Source: an uncultured Gemmatimonas sp. | GTDB taxonomy: Bacteria > Gemmatimonadota > Gemmatimonadetes > Gemmatimonadales > Gemmatimonadaceae | Direction: 5' to 3' | Length of the DNA: 64,000 bases | NCBI GenBank assembly: GCA_964621045.1 | Contig: CAZUKU010000018.1 | Span: 3,061 to 67,060 of the forward strand | In this document: positions 25,225 through 34,998 of the stretch, in pieces | Layout: every line of letters begins with the position of its first letter | Position numbering within the stretch: position 1 is the first letter of the stretch | Notes under the pieces: generated by a model | What the model saw: only the letters and a program-made list of their open reading frames with translations | The model's database searches: none | Told to the model about the DNA's origin: nothing | Program-made: the position numbers and the translations under genes

Positions 25225-28212
25225 TCAGAACGTGTACTGGATCCGCGTCATCATGAGCCGACCGGTCTCGGGCACGCCCGGGAACGTGCGGATGCGGTTA
25301 TCGAACAGGTTCTGGGCATTCACCGACCAGCGCATCTCCTTGGCGCCGACATTGAAGCGCTTGGAGAACTGGAGGTCGAAGGTGACGAACTCGGGCACGT
25401 TCTCGTAGCAGAAGGTGCCGGCGGGCGCCGGGTTGCACCGGTTCCAGCCACCGACGGCGTTGGGCACGGCCCCTTCGTTGCCCGCCGGAATCGGGAAGGC
25501 GACGTTGGTGGCGTAGACGCCGGAGTTCACCGGGTACGACTCCTGGTACCGCACGCGCGACTCCACGGTGTACGCGCGCACGGCGTCCTCGAAGCGCAGG
25601 CCAAGCGTACCGCGGGACCGGGGAGAGTTGGCCATGAGCGGGGCGCCGTTGCCGCCGGGGATGTCGTCGAAGACGTTCCGGTTCATGAAGCTGTAGGTGC
25701 CCTCGAAGGACACACGGTCGGTGGCCGCGATGCTGGCCGCGAGATCGAGACCGGTGACCCAGAGCTGCCGGTCGAGGGTGCGGTAGGTGGCGTACACGAC
25801 GTTCGGAGCGATGTTCTCGCCGTCGAAGGTGACGACGCCGAGCGGCGCGGGCGCGAACTGTCCGGAGAGGCCCTGGGACAGCGCGGCACCGAGACCGGCG
25901 CCCAGAGCGGCGGCTGCCTCCGGGGAGATGCCCGGCTGCGCCCCCAGGAAGCCCGCCGCGTACTGGCTGATCTCGCCGTTCATGTACGCCTGCAGGTTGG
26001 CCGAATCCTGGAAGAACACGCTGGGCGTGGCGAGGCCGGCCGGCGTACCCACGTCGCCCCGCTGCTGGCGCCAGAGGGAGACGTCGATCGTGGCCCGGTT
26101 GCCGAGCACGCCCTTGTAGCCGAGTTCGTACGTGTTGTTGAACGACGCCTGAAGCGGTCCGATGTCGACCACCTGACCAGGGTTCAGGCCGCCGGCCGTG
26201 CCGAGGAAGGCCACGCGCGTGCCCACCTGGGCGTCCGTGGGGGTACGGGAGCCGAGGTGCGTCACGATCCCCTGGCTGAGTCCGGGGCCGAGCGCCTGCG
26301 CCGTCGCCTGTGCCTGTGCCTGCGGCATCCCGATGCTCATGAAAGCCTGCGTGAGCCCACCGATGATCTGGGGCGTGATGCCGGCCAGCACCTGCGGCCC
26401 CCGCGCCTGGAAGACCGGACCGAATGCCGACGCGGCGCTCGTGCCCACATACTGGCCATTGCTCACGAGCGGCGACTTCATGCACAGATCACCGAACGCG
26501 CCGCCGCAGCCACGCCGGAAGCTCCACCCGTCCTTGGGCCGGTTGCCGAAGGCCCGCACGTCGAACCCGGACCCGCCGATGTTCGGCGCCTGGATGAGAT
26601 CGAGGAAGAAGGAGAAGTTCGCCGGCGTGCTGAACGCGCGGTTGTACGTGACGCGGAGGTTCTGGGTGGGCGTGGGCTTGAACGCGATGGCGAGACGGGG
26701 CGACAGGAAGCTGCCCTCGATCACGTTGTTGCCGTCCACGCGGAGCGCGGCCAGCAGATCGATCTTCGCGGTGGGACGCGTGGTGGACTGCAGGTACGCG
26801 CCGTATTCGGTGACGTTGTCGTCGGCCTCGTTCTGCCCGTTGATCGTGCCGCCCGTTTCCGGGTTGGTGGCGATGTAGTCGAGGCCGTAGGTGAAGGTCT
26901 GCCGGTTCTCCGCCATGTCGAAGCCGTGCTGCAGCTGGAAGGCGGCCACGCGCGACTTGTCCACGATCGGCTGACCGGAACGCAGCAGATAGGTGCCGGT
27001 GGTGGACGCGGCATTCTCGTTGCCGGCGTTGCTGCTGTTCACGAAGGCCTGCGCGAAGAGCCGGTTCCAGCGGAACCGCTGCTGCAGGTTCATGTACGTC
27101 CAGCCCTCGATCTGCGCGGTGCCGTTGGCGCCGGTGAGTTCGAGCCCGGAGCCGGCCCTGGTGTAGCCGAGCGTGGTGATGAGCTCCACGCCTTCGCGCG
27201 GCCGGATGTCCATGCGCGCTTCGCCGGTATACTTCTCGAGGTCGAAGGAACGCAGGTTGGGCTGTCCTCGGCGCTCTTCGGGGGCCGACGCCGGGAAGAT
27301 GCTCGGTTCCGACGGGTCCACGTATTCCCAGTCCTTGCCGCGCATCACCTCGCCCGAGAGCTTGTACGCGAACCGCTCGCCCGTGGCGCCCGCGTGGCGG
27401 AGGCCGGCCCGGATGATCGAGCGTTCACCACCATCGATGCTCAGCGTGGTGCCCTGGGAGTTGAAGGGCGACTTCGTGATCACGTGCAGCACGCCGTTGG
27501 CCGAGTTCGGCCCGTACAGCGCCGACGCGGGGCCGAGCAGCACTTCCATGCGCTCGATGTCGTCGTTGGTGCCGGTGAAGAGGAACGGCACGTTCACGCG
27601 CAGCGACGGGACGCCGGCGAACCGGTAGTCCTGCAGCATGAGCATGCTGCCGGAGAAGGCGTTGTTGAAGCCGCGCGCCACGATGTTGGACTGCACGATG
27701 CCGCCCTGCTGGACGTCCACGCCGGCCGTGGCCCTGAGATTTTCGGCGACGGTCACGGCCGGCCGTTCGGCGATGCGCTCGCTCGAGATCACGAGCAGCT
27801 GCGCCGGGGCCTCGAGGACCTTTTCCGGCTGGTTGCGCGTGCCGGTGACGGCGATCGACGTGAGGATGCTCGTGGCCACTTCCAGGGCCGCGTTCACCGT
27901 GGCGGTGCCGTTGGCGCTCACGACGACGTTCGTGGTGCGTCGCTCCTGATAGCCGATGCGGCGCACGATCACGGTGTAGGAGCCGGCGGGCACGTTCACG
28001 ATGCGGTACGTGCCGTCGTCACCGGTGGCCGCGCCCAGATTCACGCCGGTCACCTGCACCTGCGCGGCCGAAACGGGCGCGCCGGTGGCAGCATCGGTGA
28101 TCCGGCCGCTGATCGTGCCGGTCTGGGCGACGAGGGGAGAGGCCGCCAGAGCCGAACCCGCGGCGAGCACCGAGAGCATCGCGAGACAGCAACGGAGAAC
28201 ACGAAGGGACAT
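25225..28212 (-). CDS. TonB-dependent outer-membrane receptor with N-terminal carboxypeptidase-regulatory-like domain
   Basis: ATG at 28212 with a signal peptide. CarboxypepD_reg-like GTISGRITDAATGAPVSAAQVQV...YTVIVRRIGY, then a plug and a large barrel. C-terminal ...RIQYTF with terminal Phe. Confidence 0.88.
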   Translation of the reverse strand: MSLRVLRCCLAMLSVLAAGSALAASPLVAQTGTISGRITDAATGAPVSAAQVQVTGVNLGAATGDDGTYRIVNVPAGSYTVIVRRIGYQERRTTNVVVSANGTATVNAALEVATSILTSIAVTGTRNQPEKVLEAPAQLLVISSERIAERPAVTVAENLRATAGVDVQQGGIVQSNIVARGFNNAFSGSMLMLQDYRFAGVPSLRVNVPFLFTGTNDDIERMEVLLGPASALYGPNSANGVLHVITKSPFNSQGTTLSIDGGERSIIRAGLRHAGATGERFAYKLSGEVMRGKDWEYVDPSEPSIFPASAPEERRGQPNLRSFDLEKYTGEARMDIRPREGVELITTLGYTRAGSGLELTGANGTAQIEGWTYMNLQQRFRWNRLFAQAFVNSSNAGNENAASTTGTYLLRSGQPIVDKSRVAAFQLQHGFDMAENRQTFTYGLDYIATNPETGGTINGQNEADDNVTEYGAYLQSTTRPTAKIDLLAALRVDGNNVIEGSFLSPRLAIAFKPTPTQNLRVTYNRAFSTPANFSFFLDLIQAPNIGGSGFDVRAFGNRPKDGWSFRRGCGGAFGDLCMKSPLVSNGQYVGTSAASAFGPVFQARGPQVLAGITPQIIGGLTQAFMSIGMPQAQAQATAQALGPGLSQGIVTHLGSRTPTDAQVGTRVAFLGTAGGLNPGQVVDIGPLQASFNNTYELGYKGVLGNRATIDVSLWRQQRGDVGTPAGLATPSVFFQDSANLQAYMNGEISQYAAGFLGAQPGISPEAAAALGAGLGAALSQGLSGQFAPAPLGVVTFDGENIAPNVVYATYRTLDRQLWVTGLDLAASIAATDRVSFEGTYSFMNRNVFDDIPGGNGAPLMANSPRSRGTLGLRFEDAVRAYTVESRVRYQESYPVNSGVYATNVAFPIPAGNEGAVPNAVGGWNRCNPAPAGTFCYENVPEFVTFDLQFSKRFNVGAKEMRWSVNAQNLFDNRIRTFPGVPETGRLMMTRIQYTF

Positions 28213-28393
28213 CACACACCTCGACAGGGGGATGGTCACCACAGGGTGTCCCTGGGGCCCGAAAACGGGGCCGGAAGGGTGCCGTGACCGTTCGTGATCG
28301 GCATCGATCGCGACGGTTCCAGCTTGTGGCCAAACAATCGCGGGCGTGCTGGTCGCCGTCAATACGTTGCGCGTAACGGGACGGGACAGTACG

Positions 28394-30739
28394 TCATCCG
28401 GGCGGGCGGCCGCAGATCCGATCGAGATCGGCTGGTCCCACCAGTACGTCCCGCGGCTTGGACGCGCCTTCGGACGGCGTGAGCACGCCGGCCGCCTCGA
28501 GCTGATCGATGATGCGCGCGGCGCGGCCGTAGCCGATCTTCATCCGGCGCTGGAGGAGCGAGGTCGACCCCTGCCGCTGCTGGATCACGAGTTCGGCCGC
28601 TTCGCGGAAGCGGCTGTCGCGATCGCCGTCGACGTCCGCATCGTCCTCGTCGTCATCCCGCGCATCGAGCGCGCGGATCGCCTCCAGGATGTCCGGCTCA
28701 CCGGCGGGGAGATCGGCGTCCGCCGCGGTGGCCAGCCGCTGTTCGCGCGCGGCCGCGTACCAGCCCATGAGCCGTTCCGTCTCCTCGCTGGAGAGATAGG
28801 CTCCCTGGAGCCGCGCGGCCTCCGAGCGCCCCGGCGGGATGAACAGCATGTCCCCGTTGCCGAGCAGCGATTCGGCGCCGGCCCCGTCGATGATGGTGCG
28901 GCTGTCCACCTGCGACGCCACCCGGAACGCGATGCGGCACGGGAAATTCGCCTTGATCAGCCCCGTGATCACGTTCACGCTCGGCCGCTGCGTGGCGAGG
29001 ATGAGATGGATGCCGATGGCGCGCGCCTTCTGCGCCAGCATCGCGATCGGGGTTTCCACCTCGCCCTGCACCGTCATCATGAGATCGGCCATTTCGTCGA
29101 TCACGACCACGATGTACGGAAGCGGGCCGCCCGTGTACGTGCGATCCTCGAACGCGACGTCGGGAGACTTGGGCGTGCGGAGCGCGGGGCCTTCGCCGGC
29201 CTCGTGCGCCTGCGCGCGCTTGTTGAACTCCTGCAGGTTGCGACAGGCGTTCGCCTCGAGCAGGCGATAGCGGTCCTGCATCTCGAGCACGGCCCACTTG
29301 AGCACCGCGGCCGCGTCGCGGTTGTCGGTGATGACCTTGTGCCGGAGGTGCGGCAGCGTGTTGTACACGCTGAGCTCCACCATCTTGGGGTCCACCATCA
29401 GGAAGCGCAGCGTGCGCGGCGTGTGCCGGTACACGAGGCTGGTGATGATCGTGTTCACGCACACGGACTTGCCGCTGCCGGTGGCGCCGGCGATGAGGAG
29501 ATGCGGCATCTTCGCGAGATCGGCCACCACGGGCCGTCCCTCGAGATCCTTGCCGAGCGCGATGGGAAGCGCGGCGCGGGCGCCCTGGAACTCGCGGGCT
29601 TCCAGCACTTCGCGGAGGAACACCGTTTCCGGCGACGGGTTCGGCACTTCCACGCCCACGGCGCCGCGTCCCGGAATCGGGGCCACGATGCGAATGCTCG
29701 GCGCGCGCATGGCGAGCGCGAGGTCGTCGGCCAGCGCGGCGATCTGCCGCACCTTCACACCGGCCGCGGGTTCGATCTCGAACTGTGTGACCGTGGGGCC
29801 GCTCGTCCGCCCCACGAGCTCTCCGTCCACCTTGAAGGTGCGCAGGGTGGCCATGAGTTTCTCGCCGGCCTGGTCGAGCGCCTCGCGGCCGGCGTCCTCG
29901 CGGCGCGCGGGCGGCGCGGACAGGAGCGCGGTGGACGGCAGGTCGTCGTCCATCGCGTCGTGCGCGCGCGCGTCGTGGTCGATGGCGTGCGGCGGCGTGT
30001 CGGCGAAAAGATCGCCGCTCGCGCCGTCGCTGCGTGCCGGCTTCCGTCCGCGGCGCGCGGCGGGCGACGGCGTGGCCGCGACTTCCTCCGCCACGTCACG
30101 CGCGAGCGACGGATCGATCGCGGGCAGTTCCTCCGGATCCGGCGCGAGACGTTCGGCGAGCGTGGGCCGCGCGGACGGCGCGGACGGCGCGGCGGAAGGC
30201 CCCGTGGGCGACGGCGCCATCACCACGCGAAGCGGATTCCACCGCACGGTGAACACGGTGAGCACACTCGTGGCCAGCACCCATACGATCCACGCGCCGG
30301 CCGCGCCGAGGAACTTGCGCAGATAGTGCGCCACGAAGCTGCCCCACAGGCCGGAGGCGGCGCTCGTCTCGGGCATGCCGCCCCGCGCGAGCGCGATGGC
30401 CACGGGCACGAGCAGAACGACGCCGGCGGCGAGCATGGCGGCGCGCGTGGCGTCGTGGGTGGACGTGGCGCCGAACCATCCCACGAGGCGGAGCGCCACG
30501 AGCAGGCAGGCGGCCGCGATGAGCACCGCGCCCGGCACGCCCACCGCGCCCACGAGCGTGCAACGCACGAACGTGCCCACCGGGCCGAACATGCCGGTGG
30601 CCTCGAAGCAGGCGCCGCTCGGCGGCACGCGCTGGAACACGAGTGCGCCGAGCAGGAACACCGCGAACAGCGCGAGCCCGATCGACGTCAGTTCACGCCG
30701 CAGTGCGGAGCCGCGCACGAGTGACCTGCCGGTCGGCAT
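28394..30739 (-). CDS. ftsK: DNA translocase FtsK
   Basis: N-terminal TM helices, Pro/Ala linker, Walker A AGATGSGKS. Gamma winged-helix STSLLQRRMKIGYGRAARIIDQLE. Confidence 0.95.
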   Translation of the reverse strand: MPTGRSLVRGSALRRELTSIGLALFAVFLLGALVFQRVPPSGACFEATGMFGPVGTFVRCTLVGAVGVPGAVLIAAACLLVALRLVGWFGATSTHDATRAAMLAAGVVLLVPVAIALARGGMPETSAASGLWGSFVAHYLRKFLGAAGAWIVWVLATSVLTVFTVRWNPLRVVMAPSPTGPSAAPSAPSARPTLAERLAPDPEELPAIDPSLARDVAEEVAATPSPAARRGRKPARSDGASGDLFADTPPHAIDHDARAHDAMDDDLPSTALLSAPPARREDAGREALDQAGEKLMATLRTFKVDGELVGRTSGPTVTQFEIEPAAGVKVRQIAALADDLALAMRAPSIRIVAPIPGRGAVGVEVPNPSPETVFLREVLEAREFQGARAALPIALGKDLEGRPVVADLAKMPHLLIAGATGSGKSVCVNTIITSLVYRHTPRTLRFLMVDPKMVELSVYNTLPHLRHKVITDNRDAAAVLKWAVLEMQDRYRLLEANACRNLQEFNKRAQAHEAGEGPALRTPKSPDVAFEDRTYTGGPLPYIVVVIDEMADLMMTVQGEVETPIAMLAQKARAIGIHLILATQRPSVNVITGLIKANFPCRIAFRVASQVDSRTIIDGAGAESLLGNGDMLFIPPGRSEAARLQGAYLSSEETERLMGWYAAAREQRLATAADADLPAGEPDILEAIRALDARDDDEDDADVDGDRDSRFREAAELVIQQRQGSTSLLQRRMKIGYGRAARIIDQLEAAGVLTPSEGASKPRDVLVGPADLDRICGRPPG

Positions 30740-31439
30740 AGGTGGCGACGAGCGGCACGTGGTCGCGCGTCAGGCAGAACGACACGTCGCCGGCGAACCC
30801 GGCGGCGGCGAGCGTATGGGCGTGCGCCGCATCGCGGGCGAGGCGTGACGGATCGGCGGCATAGCGGCGGCCGAGTCCGCGCGCCATGGCCGCGGCATCA
30901 CCGAGCGTGACACCGCGGCGTCCGCGCAGGGCTTCGGCGATCAGCACGCCGGCGCAGACGGCATCCTCGAGCGCGAAGCGGCGATCCTGCCCCGCGCACA
31001 CGATCAGCACATCGGCGCCTTCCTCGAACGCCTCGCGGAGCGCCTGGGCCGTAACCGCGAGATTCGCGAACGCGGCCACATACACACGCCGCGCGCCGTG
31101 CGACGCGAGAAGCGCGCCCGTGCCGTTGGTCGTGGTCATGAGCACCGTGCGCCCTCCCACCCGCGGTTCGGTCATCAGCTCGGGCGAGTTGCCCACATCG
31201 AAGCCGGGGATCGGCAACGAGCGCCGCTCACCGGCCAGGCAGACGTCGCCGCGCGCATAGCGGCCGGCGGTGGACACCACCTCGTCGACATCGGCGCAGG
31301 GCACCACGGCGCGCGCGCCGCTCGCCAGCGCCTGCACCATCACGGTGGAGGCGCGCAGCACATCGATCACCACGACCACGCGCCCCGCGGCCTCGGACGG
31401 CGTCGGCGGGGATTCGCCGAGCAGCACGTCCACGCGCAT
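30693..31439 (-). CDS. ComB-family 2-phosphosulfolactate phosphatase-like protein
   Basis: ATG at 31439 overlaps the accC TAA (TAATG). VVVIDVLRASTVMVQAL...LAGERRSLPIPGFDVGNSP matches the ComB family pattern. The 3' end overlaps the ftsK start by 47 nt. Confidence 0.7.
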   Translation of the reverse strand: MRVDVLLGESPPTPSEAAGRVVVVIDVLRASTVMVQALASGARAVVPCADVDEVVSTAGRYARGDVCLAGERRSLPIPGFDVGNSPELMTEPRVGGRTVLMTTTNGTGALLASHGARRVYVAAFANLAVTAQALREAFEEGADVLIVCAGQDRRFALEDAVCAGVLIAEALRGRRGVTLGDAAAMARGLGRRYAADPSRLARDAAHAHTLAAAGFAGDVSFCLTRDHVPLVATYADRQVTRARLRTAA

Positions 31440-32797
31440 TACGTGGGCTCCCGGAGCAGCTCGGCGCCCTCGAACTCGAGGAACTTGGTATGCACGTCGC
31501 CGCGCAGGAAGTGCGGGTGCTGCATCACGCGCGCGAGGAACGGAATCGTGGTGGTGACGCCTTCCACGACGAAGCTCTCGAGCGCGATCTGCATGCGGCG
31601 GATCGCTTCGGCGCGGTCGCGCCCCTGCACGATGAGCTTGGCGAGCAGCGAATCGTAGAACGGCGGCACGGTGTAGCCCGCGTACACGTGCGTGTCCACG
31701 CGCACGCCGGGACCGCCGGGCGGATGGAACGTGTCGATGCGTCCCGGCGACGGCTGGAAGTTGCGCGACGGGTCTTCGGCGTTGACGCGGCATTCGATCA
31801 CGTGGCCGCGGAAGGCGGGGAGCGACGTGACGGCGAGCGCCTCGCCGGCGGCCACGCGGATCTGCTCCTTCACGAGATCCACGCCGGTGAGCATCTCGGT
31901 GACCGGATGCTCCACCTGGATGCGCGTGTTCATCTCCATGAAGTAGAACGAGCCGTCGGTGTCGAGCAGCATCTCCACCGTGCCCGCACCCACGTAGTCG
32001 ATGGCCTGCGCGCCGCGCACGGCCGCGTCGCCCATGCGTTCGCGGAGCTCGGGCGTGAGGGCCGGACAGGGCGCTTCCTCGATGAGCTTCTGGTGCCGCC
32101 GCTGCACGGAGCAGTCGCGTTCGCCCAGGTGGATGACCTTCCCCTTGGAATCGCCGAGCACCTGAAACTCCACGTGCCGCGGACGTTCGAGGAACTTCTC
32201 CACGTACACGTCGCCGTTGCCGAACGCGCTGAGCGCCTCGCTCCGCGCGAGCTGGAACGACCGCGCGAAATCCTCGGGGTCGCGGGCCACGCGCATGCCC
32301 TTGCCGCCGCCGCCCGCCGCTGCCTTGATGATCACGGGGAAGCCGATCTCGCGCGCGAAGCCGAGCGCCTCGTCCACGTCTTCCACGGGCCCGGGCGTGC
32401 CGGGCACGATGGGCACGCCCACGTCGGCCATCGCGCGCCGCGCGGAGGACTTGTCGCCCATCACGCGGATCTGGTCCGGGGTGGGGCCGATGAACGTGAT
32501 CCCCGACGCGCGGCAGATCTCCGCGAATTCCGCGTTCTCCGCGAGAAAGCCATAGCCGGGGTGAATGGCGTCCGCGCCGGTGATCTCGGCGGCGGCGATC
32601 AGCCGCGGGATCCGGAGATAGGAGTCGCGGCTCGGCGCGGGGCCGATGCAGACGTCGTCGTCGGCGAAGCGCACATGCAGCGATTCGCGATCGGCTTCCG
32701 AATAGACCGCGACCGTCTGGACGCCGAGTTCGCGGCATGCCCGGATGACGCGCAGGGCGATTTCACCGCGATTGGCAATCAGGACCTTTTTGAACAT
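31439..32797 (-). CDS. accC: Acetyl-CoA carboxylase, biotin carboxylase subunit
   Basis: ATG at 32797. [28 protein letters not shown]-grasp domain. Length is 452 aa. Confidence 0.96.
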   Translation of the reverse strand: MFKKVLIANRGEIALRVIRACRELGVQTVAVYSEADRESLHVRFADDDVCIGPAPSRDSYLRIPRLIAAAEITGADAIHPGYGFLAENAEFAEICRASGITFIGPTPDQIRVMGDKSSARRAMADVGVPIVPGTPGPVEDVDEALGFAREIGFPVIIKAAAGGGGKGMRVARDPEDFARSFQLARSEALSAFGNGDVYVEKFLERPRHVEFQVLGDSKGKVIHLGERDCSVQRRHQKLIEEAPCPALTPELRERMGDAAVRGAQAIDYVGAGTVEMLLDTDGSFYFMEMNTRIQVEHPVTEMLTGVDLVKEQIRVAAGEALAVTSLPAFRGHVIECRVNAEDPSRNFQPSPGRIDTFHPPGGPGVRVDTHVYAGYTVPPFYDSLLAKLIVQGRDRAEAIRRMQIALESFVVEGVTTTIPFLARVMQHPHFLRGDVHTKFLEFEGAELLREPT

Positions 32798-33016
32798 GAC
32801 GTTGGGCAGGGGGCCGTCGCGCCGGCGGCGACGAATGCCGGCCCGGCGGTAGTCCGAGCCGCGCGAGGCGGGTGGTCGCCTGCCGGCGACCGATCGGATC
32901 ACGCCGAATGGTGGCGAGGCGTGGCGCTCACCGCCAGTCGTGGGGGGGAATCCGGGGGACCTGGCGGTGGTGGAGGGGCGAGGTCGGGGGGTGATACGGC
33001 AGGGTGGTGCGGGGGC

Positions 33017-33221
33017 GGGATCGGCCGCACGAGGTCGCAAGCGGCGGGTCGTTAGCCCCGAGTCGCGAGGGTGCCTGGCGACTCCGGCCTCTGGACCCGG
33101 CACCGGTGTTCCATGTCGAGGGGGTCAGGAGCGACGAAGCTGGCCAAGGGGCTCGAGTCGCCAGGCACCCTCGGGACTCATGACTAACGACCCGCCGCTT
33201 GCGACCTCGTACAGCCGATCC
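33017..33221. repeat. Long-hairpin intergenic repeat element, copy B (MITE-like)
   Basis: gggatcggccgcacgaggtcgcaagcggcgggtcgttagccccgagtcgcgagggtgcctggcgact ... agtcgccaggcaccctcgggactcatgactaacgacccgccgcttgcgacctcgtacagccgatcc. It shares the arms and the central ...gcgacgaagctggccaagggg... core with copy A. Confidence 0.85.
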
Positions 33222-33258
33222 TTCCCCTGCCCGGCAGCCGGCCTTCAGTCCCTGCTGC

Positions 33259-34422
33259 CTACGCCCCCGACCCCGGCTTGAACCCCTCGAACGACTGATC
33301 GCTCGACCCGTCCACCCCCTGGATCTTGAGCGCGAACTCGCTCGGGCTCGACGCGTAGAACAGCGCATTCTCGTACGAGATGACCCCCTTGCTGTACCAC
33401 GTCATCAGCGACTGGTCGAACGTCTGCATGCCGTACGCCACGCTCCCCTCGCGAATCAGATCCGGAATGTTGAGCGTGGCCTGCAGGTCGCGGATCTGGT
33501 CCCGCACGGCGCCCGTGTTCACCAGCACCTCGCACGCCGGCACGCGCCCCGGCTGGTCGGCCCGCGGCACGAGCCGGAGCGACACCACCGCGGCGAGCGC
33601 GTTCGCCAGCGCGAACCGCACCTCGTTCTGCTGGTGCGGCGGATAGAACGACAGGATGCGGTTGATCGTGAGCGTCGCGTCGGTGGTGTGGAGCGTGGAG
33701 AACACGAGATGTCCCGTGCCGGCCGCCTTGAGCGCCACGTCGAGCGTTTCGAGGTCGCGGATTTCGCCGATCATGACCACGTCCGGGTCCTGACGGAGCA
33801 CGCGGCGGAGCGCCTGCGCGAAGGTGGCCGTGTCGGTCCCCACCTCGCGCTGGTTGATGTGGCTCCGCACATCGCGATGCACGAACTCGATCGGGTCCTC
33901 GATCGTGATGATGTTCGCGGCGCGGCGTTCGTTGATGTGGTGCACCATGGCGGCGAGCGCGGTGCTCTTCCCCGACCCCGTCACCCCCGTCACGAGCACG
34001 AGCCCGCGCGGCTTGAGCGAAATCTGCTCCAGCACCGGCGGCAGGTTGAGCTCGCGGATGGAGTTCGCCGCGTGCGCGATGGCACGCATGGCGAACGCCA
34101 CCGTCCCCTTCTGCTGGTACACGTTGACGCGGAACCGCCCGATCCCCGGCACGTTGATGGCGAAGTCGGCCTCGCGCATCTCCACGAACTCGCGGAGCTG
34201 CGCCGGCGGCAGCAGATGCTCCGCGAGCGTGCGCAGCTCCTCGGGACGGAGCGGCGGCATGGGGAGGGCGATCAGATCGCCGTGCAGCCGCAGGGTGGGC
34301 GGGCGCCCGACCTTGAGGTGCAGATCGGACGCGCCTTCCGTCACCATGCGCAGCAGGGCGGCCTTCAGGTCGAGACCGGCCGGCGCTGACGAACTGGGTG
34401 GAGCGCCGGAGACCATCGTCAT
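33259..34422 (-). CDS. pilT: Type IV pilus retraction ATPase PilT
   Basis: Walker A GVTGSGKST, Walker B VVMIGEIRD, His box HLVFSTLHT. PilT-type C-terminus. Length is 387 aa. Confidence 0.9.
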   Translation of the reverse strand: MTMVSGAPPSSSAPAGLDLKAALLRMVTEGASDLHLKVGRPPTLRLHGDLIALPMPPLRPEELRTLAEHLLPPAQLREFVEMREADFAINVPGIGRFRVNVYQQKGTVAFAMRAIAHAANSIRELNLPPVLEQISLKPRGLVLVTGVTGSGKSTALAAMVHHINERRAANIITIEDPIEFVHRDVRSHINQREVGTDTATFAQALRRVLRQDPDVVMIGEIRDLETLDVALKAAGTGHLVFSTLHTTDATLTINRILSFYPPHQQNEVRFALANALAAVVSLRLVPRADQPGRVPACEVLVNTGAVRDQIRDLQATLNIPDLIREGSVAYGMQTFDQSLMTWYSKGVISYENALFYASSPSEFALKIQGVDGSSDQSFEGFKPGSGA

Positions 34423-34432
34423 GGGAAGGATC

Positions 34433-34927
34433 TCAGCCGTTCGGGTCGATGCGGAAGAGCGCCTGTCCGTATTCGACCGGTTGCGAGTCCTTCACGCTGA
34501 TCTCGCGCACCACGCCGTCGACTTCGGACTCGAGCTCGTTCATGATCTTCATCGCTTCGATGATGCAGACGATCTGTCCCTTCGCGATCCGGTCGCCGAC
34601 GGCCACGTACGGCTTGGCTCCCGGCTCGGGCGACTGGTAGAACGTCCCCACCATGGGCGACTTGATCTCCAGAAGGGCGGCTCGCGGCGCCTCGACCGTT
34701 GGCGCCTCGACACGTCCCCCCTCCTCGGCAGGACGCGCCGCGGGGACCGGAGGCAACACCGCGGCCGGCGCGCTCATCGGCGCCGCCATCTGGATGGCGG
34801 CCCCCCGCTGCTGCGGGCTCTTCGAGATCCGCAGTTTCATCCCCTTGTCGGACGAAATCTCGATGGAGTCCACGGAGGACTGATCGAGCATCTCGACGAG
34901 CTTCTTCACGTAGCGCAGATCAATCAT
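34433..34927 (-). CDS. accB: Biotin carboxyl carrier protein of acetyl-CoA carboxylase
   Basis: ATG at 34927 (MIDLRYVKKLVEMLDQSSVDSIEI). Pro/Ala linker. Biotinylation motif EAMKIMNE. Confidence 0.93.
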   Translation of the reverse strand: MIDLRYVKKLVEMLDQSSVDSIEISSDKGMKLRISKSPQQRGAAIQMAAPMSAPAAVLPPVPAARPAEEGGRVEAPTVEAPRAALLEIKSPMVGTFYQSPEPGAKPYVAVGDRIAKGQIVCIIEAMKIMNELESEVDGVVREISVKDSQPVEYGQALFRIDPNG

Positions 34928-34998
34928 GTCTGGCGGTCTCGACGACCCAGTCGGGCGAAGCCGCGGCCGGCACCGACGTGCCGCCGCCTCTTCGCAGG

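Noticed and set aside
28213-28393. Riboswitch (for example cobalamin or TPP) in the 180-nt leader of the TonB-dependent receptor
   Set aside because: I read the minus-strand leader and found no B12 box, no TPP (CUGAGA) core and no other core motif I recognise. A covariance-model scan would be needed to be sure.
31440-32738. Upstream two-thirds of the 681-aa ORF 30693..32738
   Set aside because: It is an out-of-frame overlap of accC. Only the ComB-like part downstream of the accC stop is credible.
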